This document shows positions 50,011 through 59,995 of a stretch of DNA of 64,000 bases, piece after piece. The stretch is taken from assembly GCA_036644995.1 (NCBI GenBank), contig JAVXOZ010000008.1, positions 5,838 to 69,837 on the forward strand. The letters run 5' to 3'. The DNA is from Clostridiales bacterium (lineage in GTDB: Bacteria > Bacillota > Dehalobacteriia > UBA7702). Position 1 is the stretch's first letter, and each line of letters starts with the position of its first letter. The position numbers and the translations under genes were made by a program. The notes under the pieces were generated by a model, which saw nothing but the letters and a program-made list of their open reading frames with translations, was not told the DNA's origin and did no database searches.

Positions 50011-52023
50011 TTGGATACCATGTTTCTCGGTACACTATCTGCACTAATTTTATTTCCGATCGTGGTTGCACTGATTCTTTTGGTTGTCAAATCTGACGGC
50101 GCAAGAAACGGCATTGTTAAAGTGGCTTCTATAGCCATTGCGGCTGCCTCTGTATTTCTTGCAGTACTGTATTTCATGAATGGGAGTCAAACCTTTGCCT
50201 TTGATGGCACAATGATTTCCTATGCTATGATGGCTATTGAGGTATTCCTCTGTGTAGTTATTATCGCATTCAGCATTAAATACAAGTTCTATTGGGCCGG
50301 TGTTTTGGCAATCATACAAACTCCGATTATGATCTGGTTCGAAATGACCCATGGTCACGGAATTGATATCAGTTACAACCTCTACGTCGACGGACTCTCG
50401 GTAATCATGGCTGTGATTATCGGCATCATTGGTACACTTATTGCGGTCTATGCTTTAGGCTACATGAAAGACTACCAACAGCACAACGAGGACCAGAAAG
50501 ACAGAAGACCGTGGTTCTTCTTCGTTGTATTCATTTTCCTTGCCGCTATGTTCGGCCTTGTAACATCCAATAACTTAATCTGGATGTATTTCTTCTGGGA
50601 AATTACGAGCTTAAGTTCGTTCTTCCTAATCGGATACTCCAAAACCCAAGAAGCAATCCGGAATTCATTCCGTGCATTGATTATGAACTTGGGCGGCGGG
50701 TTGGCATTCTGTCTTGCCATTGTGTTCTTAGGTGTAACTTGTTACACTGTTGAATTTTCCGGATTACTTGCTCAGGGATTAGCCGGTAGTTTAGGCATCT
50801 ACATTATCGTACCTGTTGGTCTTTTGGCTTTTGCCGGTATTACCAAAGCCGCTCAAATGCCTTTCAACAGTTGGCTCCTTGGTGCCATGGTTGCACCTAC
50901 TCCCGTTTCTGCTTTACTTCACTCATCTACAATGGTTAAAGCAGGGGTATTCCTAATTATCAAATTGGCTCCCTTGATGGGTGTTTGGATTCCCGGTGCT
51001 ACATCCGGTGCATTCGTCAATGGAATTTTCGCTTATAACTTTGCAGGCATCATGGTTATGATGGTTGGTGGTATCACTTTCCTTCTTGCCTCATTTGCCG
51101 CTATTTCCCAAAGCAATGCAAAAAGAGTATTGGCTTACTCAACCATTGCTAATCTTGGCTTGATTGTACTTTGCGGTGGTATTGGTACACCCGCAGCAGT
51201 ATGGGCAGGCATCATGCTTATTATCTTCCATGCTATCGCTAAATCTTTGTTGTTCTTAAGTGTTGGTACAGTAGAACATCGCATTGGTTCCAGAGATATC
51301 GAAGATATGGATGGCTTGTTTGTAAGATTACCTAAAGTTGCTATTTTCATGATTATTGGTATTTGCGGTATGTTTATTGCTCCTTTTGGTATGTTAATTT
51401 CCAAATGGGCAGCAATGGTTTCAATTATTGAATCCGGTAACCCAATATTGGTAATGATGTTGATATTCGGTAGTGCAGCTACCTTGTTCTTCTGGGCTAA
51501 ATGGCTCGGCAAACTTTGTGCTGTTGTTGCCGGTTGCGATGATAAAGAATCACTTGGTATTCCAAGTTCTGAAAAACTCGTATTGAGTGTTTTAGCAACA
51601 TTTACCATTGCCATGTGTTTATTCTTCCCGGTGTTGTCTTCCGGTGTTATTGTTCCTTATCTCCAAAGTGCTTTCACAGCAACGGATATGGGGCTAATTG
51701 CAGAAAGCAACCTTATTATCATGACTATTCTTGTGGCTGTTATCGTTTTGATGGTAGTTTTCTTCTTTGGCAAAACCAAAAAGAAAATTGTTTCCATCTA
51801 CTTATCCGGTGAAAATGTTGGGGATGATCGTACTTTCCGCAACTCCTTAAAACAACCGCAACAAGCACAACTCAAAAACTGGTATATGGAATCTTATTTC
51901 GGTGAACATAAGATGAATCTTATCGGTATCATCAGCACCGTAATTGTAATTGGTGGAACCTTTATCTTAATCGCTGGTTACGCTCTTTACGTTTTATTAA
52001 GAATGTTTGGAGGTGCTGCATAA
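50011..52023 (+). CDS. echA: Ech hydrogenase subunit A (NuoL/MnhA-like antiporter-type membrane subunit)
   Basis: 670 aa, 16+ TM, NuoL-family conserved blocks (WLLGAMVAPTPVSALLHSSTMVKAGV). Confidence 0.8.
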   Translation: MDTMFLGTLSALILFPIVVALILLVVKSDGARNGIVKVASIAIAAASVFLAVLYFMNGSQTFAFDGTMISYAMMAIEVFLCVVIIAFSIKYKFYWAGVLAIIQTPIMIWFEMTHGHGIDISYNLYVDGLSVIMAVIIGIIGTLIAVYALGYMKDYQQHNEDQKDRRPWFFFVVFIFLAAMFGLVTSNNLIWMYFFWEITSLSSFFLIGYSKTQEAIRNSFRALIMNLGGGLAFCLAIVFLGVTCYTVEFSGLLAQGLAGSLGIYIIVPVGLLAFAGITKAAQMPFNSWLLGAMVAPTPVSALLHSSTMVKAGVFLIIKLAPLMGVWIPGATSGAFVNGIFAYNFAGIMVMMVGGITFLLASFAAISQSNAKRVLAYSTIANLGLIVLCGGIGTPAAVWAGIMLIIFHAIAKSLLFLSVGTVEHRIGSRDIEDMDGLFVRLPKVAIFMIIGICGMFIAPFGMLISKWAAMVSIIESGNPILVMMLIFGSAATLFFWAKWLGKLCAVVAGCDDKESLGIPSSEKLVLSVLATFTIAMCLFFPVLSSGVIVPYLQSAFTATDMGLIAESNLIIMTILVAVIVLMVVFFFGKTKKKIVSIYLSGENVGDDRTFRNSLKQPQQAQLKNWYMESYFGEHKMNLIGIISTVIVIGGTFILIAGYALYVLLRMFGGAA

Positions 52024-52922
52024 TGCCATCAAATTTTGGTTTAATCAACATAATTTCTTTGGTTGCTTTCATAGTGTTAGCACCATTTGTAGGCGGCATA
52101 TTGGCAGGTTTGGACAGAAGAATAACCGCCCGTATGCAAGGACGTTTTGGTCCTCCTATTCTTCAGCCCTTCTACGATGTTTCTAAATTAATGCAAAAAG
52201 AAGCTGTTACTGTTAATAAGGTTCAGGATTTCTATATTGGAGCATTCTTGTTCTTCATTATTATTACCGGTGCATTCTTCTTCGTAGGCGGCGATTTACT
52301 TTTAGTAATCTTCACATTAACAACTGCCAGCATCTTTATGGTTGCAGCAGCTTATTCTTCCAATTCACCTTTTGCTGAAATTGGTGCAGAACGTGAATTA
52401 TTGCAAATGATGGCTTATGAACCTATGGTTTTATTAACTGCCGTTGGTTTCTACCTTGTTTGTGGAACTTTCAATGTATCTGAAATACTTGGTGCCGCAA
52501 AACCTGCAATTATTTATTTACCCGGTATGTTCATTGGCTTCTTGTTCATTTTGACCTTGAAGTTCAGAAAATCACCTTTCGATTTGAGTATGTCTCATCA
52601 TGCTCACCAAGAATTGGTAAAAGGTCTTACCACTGAGTTTTCCGGTAAAACCTTGGCAATGATTGAAATTTCTCACTGGTATGAAAACGTATTCCTTCTT
52701 GGTTTCGTTTATCTCTTCGTGGCTTATACTGCTGTGTGGAGTATACCTATTGCTATCCTTGTATGTCTTTTGACCTACTTCCTTGAAGTATTCATCGATA
52801 ACAATTATGCCAGAATGAAATGGGAAGTTGCTATTAATTCTTCGTGGATAGTTACCATGACCTTTGGTTTTGTTAACTTGCTTGCTGTTTATTTACTTAA
52901 ATTGTTCGGTATTATTGTATAG
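52023..52922 (+). CDS. echB: Ech hydrogenase subunit B (NuoH/HycD-like membrane subunit)
   Basis: 299 aa, 8 TM, with an ATGA start/stop overlap with echA. Confidence 0.8.
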   Translation: MPSNFGLINIISLVAFIVLAPFVGGILAGLDRRITARMQGRFGPPILQPFYDVSKLMQKEAVTVNKVQDFYIGAFLFFIIITGAFFFVGGDLLLVIFTLTTASIFMVAAAYSSNSPFAEIGAERELLQMMAYEPMVLLTAVGFYLVCGTFNVSEILGAAKPAIIYLPGMFIGFLFILTLKFRKSPFDLSMSHHAHQELVKGLTTEFSGKTLAMIEISHWYENVFLLGFVYLFVAYTAVWSIPIAILVCLLTYFLEVFIDNNYARMKWEVAINSSWIVTMTFGFVNLLAVYLLKLFGIIV

Positions 52923-52933
52923 GAGGTGTAGAT

Positions 52934-53443
52934 ATGTCATCAGTAATTAAATCACCCTGGGTGATCCATTATGATGCTTCCAGCTGCAACGGCTGCGACA
53001 TCGAAGTGTTGGCGTGCCTCACTCCCATGTATGATGCAGAACGTTTTGGTATCATCAATACTGGTAACCCCAAACACGCCGATGTTTTCTTGGTAACCGG
53101 TGGTGTTAATGAACAAAATAAAAATGTTGTAAAACAGATTTATGAACAAATGCCTGAACCTAAAGTAGTAGTAGCTATTGGTATCTGTGCCGCCACAGGT
53201 GGTATATTCCAAGAATGTTACAACATCTTAGGTGGTGTAGACACTGTTATTCCCGTTGACGTTTATGTTCCCGGTTGTGCTGCCAGACCAGAAGCCATCA
53301 TTGATGGTATCGTTCAAGGTCTTGGGGTATTGGCTGAGAAAAGCGCAAACTTGAAAAAAGGTATTTTGCCCGCTAACACAGTGATTGAAGCAGGCAAAGA
53401 CCAAGAAACTGTAACCGAAGCCGATGCGGCTCGTCCCGAGTAA
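52934..53443 (+). CDS. echC: Ech hydrogenase subunit C ([NiFe] hydrogenase small subunit, NuoB-like)
   Basis: Proximal [4Fe-4S] cluster Cys pattern CNGCD...GICAATGG...VPGCAARPE. Confidence 0.85.
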   Translation: MSSVIKSPWVIHYDASSCNGCDIEVLACLTPMYDAERFGIINTGNPKHADVFLVTGGVNEQNKNVVKQIYEQMPEPKVVVAIGICAATGGIFQECYNILGGVDTVIPVDVYVPGCAARPEAIIDGIVQGLGVLAEKSANLKKGILPANTVIEAGKDQETVTEADAARPE

Positions 53444-53464
53444 GTATTAATTAGGAGGTAACCA

Positions 53465-53821
53465 ATGTATTTAGATTTCAATCTTGAAACCATTGAACCT
53501 ACCGAATTGGTGGAAACTGCTCACAATTTAAAAGCCCAAGGCTATCGCATGGTACAAATTTGCGCCACAAAAATTCCTGAAGCTTTTGAACTAACTTATA
53601 GTTTCGATAAAGATCATGAACTCTACAATTATCGTGTAGTATTACCCGAAAATGAAGAAATCATGAGCATTACCGATTCCTATTTTGCAGCTTTCGTTTA
53701 TGAAAATGAAATGAAAGACCTTTTCGGTATTAAAATTAACCATATCGCTCTGGACTTCCAAGGTGGATTCTTCGTTACCGGAGAACCTACCCCCTGGAAA
53801 ATTAGCGGAAGCGATAAATAA
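53465..53821 (+). CDS. echD: Ech hydrogenase subunit D
   Basis: 118-aa soluble protein at the position of EchD in echABCDEF operons. Confidence 0.65.
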   Translation: MYLDFNLETIEPTELVETAHNLKAQGYRMVQICATKIPEAFELTYSFDKDHELYNYRVVLPENEEIMSITDSYFAAFVYENEMKDLFGIKINHIALDFQGGFFVTGEPTPWKISGSDK

Positions 53822-53837
53822 GAAAGGAAGGTAGATT

Positions 53838-54917
53838 ATGGCTAAGCAAACTATTATTCCTTTCGGACCCCAGCATCCGGTTTTACCGGAACCTGTTCAT
53901 CTTGATTTAGTGATGGAAGATGAAACCGTTGTTCAAGCTATTCCCTCTATCGGATTTGTACATAGAGGACTTGAAAAATTGGTGGAAAAAAAGGAATACA
54001 CCGAATTAATGTATGTAACCGAACGTATCTGTGGGATTTGTGCTTTTGGTCATAACTGGGGCTACTGTTTAGCAGCCGAAGGTTTGATGAAAATTGAAAT
54101 TCCCGAAAGAGCTGAATACTTAAGAACTTTATGGCATGAAATGTCCAGAGTTCACAGCCATTTATTGTGGCTTGGTCTTTTAGCAGACTCCTTCGGTTTT
54201 GAAAGTTTATTTATGCACTGTTGGCGTGTGAGAGAGCAAGTTCTCGACCTTTTTGAAAAAACAACCGGTGGTCGTGTTATTTTCTCTGTTTGCAAAGTTG
54301 GTGGTGTTCATAGAGATATTTCTCCTGAAGTATTGGAAGAAATTGCTACTACAATGGAAAAAATGAAAAAAGATTTTAAGGAATTAGCTGACGTTTTCAT
54401 TAATGATGTTTCCGTTAAAAACCGTACAGTTGGCGTTGGTACCGTATCCAAAGCTGATGCTGAAGCTCTCTGTGCTGTTGGACCCACTGCTCGTGGTTCC
54501 GGTGTTGTTACCGATATTCGTTTAACAGGCCCCGGAGTTTACCAAAAAGTTGGTTTTGAACCCATTGTAGAACAAGGTGGCGACTGCTATTCTCGTGCTG
54601 TTGTCAGAGTTAAAGAAGTTTTCCAATCCATGGATATGGTAGCAGAACTTTGCCGTACCATGCCTGAAGGCGAAATTGCCGTACCTGTTAAAGGTAAACC
54701 CAATGGCGAATTTGCCGCTCGCTTGGAACAACCCAGAGGCGAAGCATATTATTACTTAAAAGGCAATGACAGTAAATTCTTGGAAAGAATGCGTATCAGA
54801 ACACCTACCAATATCAATATTCCTTTCATGGTGCAAGCCTTGGCAGGATGCGATTTAGCTGATGTCCCTGTAATCGTTCTGAGTATTGACCCTTGCATTA
54901 GCTGTACAGAAAGATAA
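53838..54917 (+). CDS. echE: Ech hydrogenase subunit E ([NiFe] hydrogenase large subunit, group 4)
   Basis: N-terminal RICGICAFGH (RxCGxCxxxH) and C-terminal DPCISCTER Ni-Fe ligand motifs. 359 aa, short form typical of group 4. Confidence 0.9.
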   Translation: MAKQTIIPFGPQHPVLPEPVHLDLVMEDETVVQAIPSIGFVHRGLEKLVEKKEYTELMYVTERICGICAFGHNWGYCLAAEGLMKIEIPERAEYLRTLWHEMSRVHSHLLWLGLLADSFGFESLFMHCWRVREQVLDLFEKTTGGRVIFSVCKVGGVHRDISPEVLEEIATTMEKMKKDFKELADVFINDVSVKNRTVGVGTVSKADAEALCAVGPTARGSGVVTDIRLTGPGVYQKVGFEPIVEQGGDCYSRAVVRVKEVFQSMDMVAELCRTMPEGEIAVPVKGKPNGEFAARLEQPRGEAYYYLKGNDSKFLERMRIRTPTNINIPFMVQALAGCDLADVPVIVLSIDPCISCTER

Positions 54918-54927
54918 GGAGGTAGAC

Positions 54928-55311
54928 ATGGCAGCATTTAAAATGGGTAAAGTAGTGTTGAGAAGCCTGTTTAAAAAGCCGGCTACCCTCATGTATCCCG
55001 TCGTACCCCGGGAATATACCCCCATAACAAAGGGGCATATGACTATCGATATTGATACATGTATCTTTTGTGGGCTTTGTGCTAAAAAATGCCCCACCAA
55101 TGCGATTACAATTGATCGTGAAGCCAGAACATGGAGCATTGAAAGAATGAATTGTATCCAATGCAGCTGCTGTGCTTGGGCGTGTAAACAGGATAGCTTA
55201 AAAATGGATCCTTTATACACCACACCATCCACAGAAAAAATTGTTGACTTGGTTCAAGGACCTCCCAAAAAAGAAAAGAAACCGGCCGCAACAGAAGGTG
55301 CAGCAGTTTAA
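54928..55311 (+). CDS. echF: Ech hydrogenase subunit F (2x[4Fe-4S] ferredoxin-like)
   Basis: Two CxxCxxCxxxCP motifs (CIFCGLCAKKCP, CIQCSCCAWAC). The start at 54928 is preceded by an AAGGAGG RBS. Confidence 0.8.
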   Translation: MAAFKMGKVVLRSLFKKPATLMYPVVPREYTPITKGHMTIDIDTCIFCGLCAKKCPTNAITIDREARTWSIERMNCIQCSCCAWACKQDSLKMDPLYTTPSTEKIVDLVQGPPKKEKKPAATEGAAV

Positions 55312-55336
55312 TCGCTGTTGCTTATAAGGTGAATCA

Positions 55337-55681
55337 ATGCACGAATTTCCAATTACCCAACAAATTATAAAATTAGCTGAAAAGCACGCAAAGGAAAACG
55401 GTGCTTCTGCTGTAACCAAGGTAAACTTGGTTGTAGGACTGTATTCAGGTTTCATTGGTGAAAGTATACAAATGTATTTTGATGTTATTGCAGAAGGTAC
55501 TCTTTGTGAAAATGCCACCATTGAAATAAAAGCCGTTAAGCCAAAGTTAAAATGCAGTAAATGTGGTGAACTTTTTGAAAGACAGCCTATGTCTTTTAAA
55601 TGCCCCTATTGTGATGGCGAAGGTGAACCCACAAAAATTGGAAAAGAATTCTATATTGATTCCATAGAAATTGAAGCATAA
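55337..55681 (+). CDS. hypA: Hydrogenase nickel incorporation protein HypA
   Basis: MHEFPI N-terminus and CxxC...CxxC zinc site (CSKCG...CPYCDG). 114 aa. Confidence 0.9.
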   Translation: MHEFPITQQIIKLAEKHAKENGASAVTKVNLVVGLYSGFIGESIQMYFDVIAEGTLCENATIEIKAVKPKLKCSKCGELFERQPMSFKCPYCDGEGEPTKIGKEFYIDSIEIEA

Positions 55682-55737
55682 TTTATGGGGCAGGTGATTA
55701 TCGCCTGCCCCATAATTCCTTTAAAAGGAGAAGAAAG

Positions 55738-56394
55738 ATGCATGATATTTTAAAAATTGATTTAAAAGAAAACATTCATGATGAAAACGACCATATTGCA
55801 GTTCACGTCAAAGAAGATATGACGGAAAAAGATGTAATGGTTATCAACGTTATGGGCGCACCCGGTGTTGGTAAAACCACAACTTTAAAAAATATTTTTA
55901 AACATTTAAAAGATTCCAAGCCTTATGTTATTGAAGGCGATATTGAAAGCGATATTGATACCAAAGATTTGCAAAATATGGGGATTACAACTTTTCAAAT
56001 AAATACCTTTGGAGCTTGTCATTTAGATGCACCCATGATTCGTGATGCTGTTAAAAAAATAGATTTCGATAAAAAGGGTATTCTATTTATTGAAAATATA
56101 GGCAATCTTGTTTGTCCTGCGGAATTTTCCATTGGCGAACATGTTAAAATGTTAATAACCACAGCTACTGATGGTAGTGATAAACCATATAAATATCCTT
56201 TGGCTTTTGAAAAAGCAGATATTATTATTATCAATAAATGTGATTTATTACCTTATGTTGATTTTGATGAAGAATTTTTTATGAAGGGTGTACGTGCCCA
56301 AAACAAAAATGTGCCTGTGTTTAAAGTATCCGGTCGCTCCGGTGAAGGGTATGATAAAGTTACCGCTTGGTTAGAAGCTCATGGTACAAAATAA
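55738..56394 (+). CDS. hypB: Hydrogenase maturation GTPase HypB
   Basis: P-loop GAPGVGKTT and NKCDL G4 motif. Confidence 0.9.
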   Translation: MHDILKIDLKENIHDENDHIAVHVKEDMTEKDVMVINVMGAPGVGKTTTLKNIFKHLKDSKPYVIEGDIESDIDTKDLQNMGITTFQINTFGACHLDAPMIRDAVKKIDFDKKGILFIENIGNLVCPAEFSIGEHVKMLITTATDGSDKPYKYPLAFEKADIIIINKCDLLPYVDFDEEFFMKGVRAQNKNVPVFKVSGRSGEGYDKVTAWLEAHGTK

Positions 56395-56425
56395 TACAGA
56401 ATTTATAGGAAAGGGGGCTTACGCC

Positions 56426-58747
56426 ATGATTACGGTGAGAATTCGCATATGGGGCATCGTGCAAGGTGTGGGCTTTCGTCCATTTATAGCCAAATTGGCT
56501 GATAAATTGAATATTAAAGGTAATGTTCGTAACATTGGTGGTCTTGTGGATATTACCGTCACTGATACAAAAGCAAATATTGATGATTTTATTGATAAAA
56601 TTAAAAGTGAAAAACCTTTGCCCGCAGAAATTGTGCATCTTAAAATTGAAAATTTGCCCCTGCTAAATTTTACTGATTTTACCATTATAAACAGTGGCGA
56701 GGGTGATAATGAAGTTGCAATGATTCCCGGCGATTTGGCAATTTGTCCCCAATGTTTAGAAGATATGGGGGAAAAATCAAATCCACGATACAATCATCCT
56801 TTTATCAGCTGTATGGCGTGTGGACCTCGCTATACTATAATTGATAAAATTCCTTATGACCGTGAAAACACAGCCATGGTTGATTTTCCCATGTGTGATT
56901 TTTGTAATGGTGAATATACTGATAGAAAAGACCGAAGATACCATGCCCAAACTATTTCCTGCCATAATTGTGGGCCGGAACTGCTTTTGTATAACAGTGA
57001 TTTAACAGCTGAAAAGGCAATAGAAAAAGCTTGCAGCTTATTAAAGGCAGGAAAAATAATAGCACTTAAAGGTGTTGGTGGATATAATTTTGTTGCCACT
57101 CCCTTTAATAATGAAACAGTTTTAAATTTACGAAAATTAAAAGGCAGGGAAGAAAAGCCTTTTGCGGTAATGTTTAATAATCTTGAAGAAATTAAAGAAT
57201 ACTGTAAAGTATCAAAAGAAGAAGCTGAATTACTTAACAGCAGTGCCAAACCTATTGTATTGCTTTTTACCATGGGTCAACCATTTGCCCTTGAAACTTC
57301 TAAAACCAGTCGCTATACAGGTGCTTTTTTACCCAGCATGGGTTTACATCATCTTTTACTAAATGAGTGTGGGCCATTAATAGTAACCAGTGCCAATTTA
57401 GCGGATATGCCCATGATTAAAGAAGATGAGGAAATGTTTTCACTTTATGAAGAAAACAAAGATTTATTGGAGGCGGTATTTTATCACCAGCGTGATATCC
57501 GTGTGAGTGTTGATGATTCCGTGGTACGGGTGATAGACGGTCAACCCCAAATTATCAGGCGTTCCAAGGGTTATGCTCCTGTTCCCTTGTATTTAAAGGG
57601 TGAGGAAAATATTGAAAAAGAGCAAATGATTTTAGCTTTGGGCGGTGAATTAAAATCGGCTTTCACTTTGAGCAAAGGTAATTTTGCTTACGTTAGCCAA
57701 TTTTTCGGTGATCTTGTGGCGGATAATATCCGAAAACTTTATGTGGAAAATATTGAGAGAATGAAATCTCTTTTTAGAATAGAACCAAATTTGGTGGTGA
57801 CTGATACGCACCCCAGATATTTTACCCATGATTTTGGTGAAGAATATGCCAAAAAACATAATATACCTTTATTAAAAGTTCAACATCATCATGCTCATGT
57901 TGCTTCTGTAATGGCGGAACACCACATAGAGGATGCAGTTATCGGAGTTAGCTTTGATGGCACGGGATATGGTGACGATGGCAATATTTGGGGCGGAGAA
58001 TTTTTGCTTTGTAAAGGCAGTAAATTTGTGCGTATGGGGCATCTGGCATATACACCGATGATCGGTGGGGATAATTCCATGAAAGAGGGCTGGAAATCTG
58101 CCATGTGCTACATTGCCTCGGTGGGTGAAGTTGCGGAAAAAATTCCCTTGGCAATGGATAGCCGTTATGCCATGGTAAAAGCCGCTTTGCGCCACGGTAT
58201 AAACACCATTTATAATTCCAGTATGGGCAGGCTTTTTGATGCTGTTGCCGCTGCCATGGGCATACATGATGAAAACAGGTATGAGGGTGAATGTGCCATT
58301 ATGTTGGAAAATGCCGCTGCCTTAGGTAAGGACAAAGGTGTGGTACCTTATATTATGACTTTCCTTTTTTGGGAAGAAGATGGTATTTATAATATTTCCT
58401 CAGCTACGATTTTTCAGGCTATTGCCAAAGGCTTATCTTTGGGTGTTTCCAAAGAATCCATGGCTCTTGGTTTTCATGAAGCGGTGGCAAAAATGGTTTT
58501 ATCACTGTGTGAAAAAATCAGTAAAAAAACCGCAGTAAAAAATATAGTATTGACAGGCGGAGTTTTTCAGAATAAAATTTTAATGGAAGCAACTTTGGAA
58601 TTGCTCCGTGAAGAAGATTTTAACATTTATTATAATATTTCCGTAGGAACCAATGATGGTGGAATATCGTTGGGACAAACATATATCGGAATGGAGTATT
58701 TAAAGGAGAGTAAAAATGTGCATTGCAATGCCGGGAAAAATAGTTGA
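56426..58747 (+). CDS. hypF: Carbamoyltransferase HypF
   Basis: Acylphosphatase domain, two CxxC-N18-CxxC zinc fingers, YrdC and Kae1-like domains. The start at 56426 is preceded by an AAAGGGGG RBS; the listed ORF starts at 56381. Confidence 0.9.
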   Translation: MITVRIRIWGIVQGVGFRPFIAKLADKLNIKGNVRNIGGLVDITVTDTKANIDDFIDKIKSEKPLPAEIVHLKIENLPLLNFTDFTIINSGEGDNEVAMIPGDLAICPQCLEDMGEKSNPRYNHPFISCMACGPRYTIIDKIPYDRENTAMVDFPMCDFCNGEYTDRKDRRYHAQTISCHNCGPELLLYNSDLTAEKAIEKACSLLKAGKIIALKGVGGYNFVATPFNNETVLNLRKLKGREEKPFAVMFNNLEEIKEYCKVSKEEAELLNSSAKPIVLLFTMGQPFALETSKTSRYTGAFLPSMGLHHLLLNECGPLIVTSANLADMPMIKEDEEMFSLYEENKDLLEAVFYHQRDIRVSVDDSVVRVIDGQPQIIRRSKGYAPVPLYLKGEENIEKEQMILALGGELKSAFTLSKGNFAYVSQFFGDLVADNIRKLYVENIERMKSLFRIEPNLVVTDTHPRYFTHDFGEEYAKKHNIPLLKVQHHHAHVASVMAEHHIEDAVIGVSFDGTGYGDDGNIWGGEFLLCKGSKFVRMGHLAYTPMIGGDNSMKEGWKSAMCYIASVGEVAEKIPLAMDSRYAMVKAALRHGINTIYNSSMGRLFDAVAAAMGIHDENRYEGECAIMLENAAALGKDKGVVPYIMTFLFWEEDGIYNISSATIFQAIAKGLSLGVSKESMALGFHEAVAKMVLSLCEKISKKTAVKNIVLTGGVFQNKILMEATLELLREEDFNIYYNISVGTNDGGISLGQTYIGMEYLKESKNVHCNAGKNS

Positions 58748-58931
58748 AATTCAAGGGCATAGGGCTAAGGTAGATTTTAGCGGTACCGTAGTTAATGCCA
58801 ATGTAATGATGGTAGATGCCAAAGTTGGTGAATACGTATTGGTTCATGCAGGTTGTGCCATTGAGGTACTTTCTCAAAGCCGTGCTCAGGAATTAATGTC
58901 TATTTTTGATGAAATGGAAGCGGATATATGA
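58716..58931 (+). CDS. hypC: Hydrogenase assembly chaperone HypC
   Basis: MCIAMPGKIVEI N-terminus (MC[LI][AG][IV]P signature), 71 aa. Confidence 0.9.
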   Translation: MCIAMPGKIVEIQGHRAKVDFSGTVVNANVMMVDAKVGEYVLVHAGCAIEVLSQSRAQELMSIFDEMEADI

Positions 58932-59971
58932 ACAGCGCAGAGGTTATAAATTATCTAAAAGAATACCAAGGCAGGGAAATAAAATTAATGGAAGTTTGCG
59001 GAACTCATACCTCGGCAATTTTTAAAAATGGTATCCGTTCACTGATTTCTCCAAAAATTAAGTTAATTTCAGGCCCCGGTTGTCCCGTATGTGTTACCCC
59101 GGCTGCTTATATAGATAAATGTATTGAATATGCAAAAAAAGAAAATCATGTGCTATATACATTTGGTGATATGATTAAAGTAACAGGCACTACTCAAAGT
59201 TTAGCCATGGCTAAAGGTGAAGGTGCCAAAGTGGAGCTAATGTTTTCCCCTGTGGAAGTGGTGGAAAAAGCAAAAAATAACCCCCAAACCACTTTTGTTA
59301 TTGCTGCGGTGGGTTTTGAAACCACAATCCCCACATATTCCGTAGCATTGGAAGAAGCCTTGTCACAGGGTGTAAAAAATATTAAGTTGGTTACGGCATT
59401 AAAAACCGCATTGCCTGCTTTAGATTGGATATGTGCCAATGAAAAGGGTATAGATGGTTTCATTTGTCCCGGGCATGTCAGCGTTATTACAGGCAGTGAA
59501 ATATATGCAGATTTGGCAGCAAAATATAAAAAGCCTTTTGTGGTTGCAGGTTTTGAGGGCGAACATCTTTTGGCTGTGATTTATGATTTGGTGAAACAAA
59601 TTGAAAATAATACAAGCGAAGTTGAAAATCTTTACCAAAATGCAGTAAAAACCAATGGTAATATAAAAGCTTTAACTTTAATTGATAAGTACTTTATACC
59701 GGGAAATGCCATGTGGCGAGGTTTGGGTATTATACCTGATTCGGGTATGTATTTAAAGGAGCAGTATAGCCAATATGATGGTGGCAGTTTTGGTCTTGAT
59801 AAAGATGTGGAATTGCCAAAATCTTGCAGATGCTCCGAGGTGATAGTTGGGCGCATAAATCCCAATCAGTGCCCTATGTTTGGTAAATCATGCAACCCCA
59901 CCAACCCTTATGGTCCATGTATGGTATCAGCGGAAGGTGCTTGCGGTATTTGGTACAGAAATATAATTTAG
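58928..59971 (+). CDS. hypD: Hydrogenase maturation factor HypD
   Basis: CGTHTS, GPGCPVC and CPVC motifs, 347 aa. Confidence 0.9.
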   Translation: MNSAEVINYLKEYQGREIKLMEVCGTHTSAIFKNGIRSLISPKIKLISGPGCPVCVTPAAYIDKCIEYAKKENHVLYTFGDMIKVTGTTQSLAMAKGEGAKVELMFSPVEVVEKAKNNPQTTFVIAAVGFETTIPTYSVALEEALSQGVKNIKLVTALKTALPALDWICANEKGIDGFICPGHVSVITGSEIYADLAAKYKKPFVVAGFEGEHLLAVIYDLVKQIENNTSEVENLYQNAVKTNGNIKALTLIDKYFIPGNAMWRGLGIIPDSGMYLKEQYSQYDGGSFGLDKDVELPKSCRCSEVIVGRINPNQCPMFGKSCNPTNPYGPCMVSAEGACGIWYRNII

Positions 59972-59995
59972 TAAAGAAAACTGATGAGGTACGTA

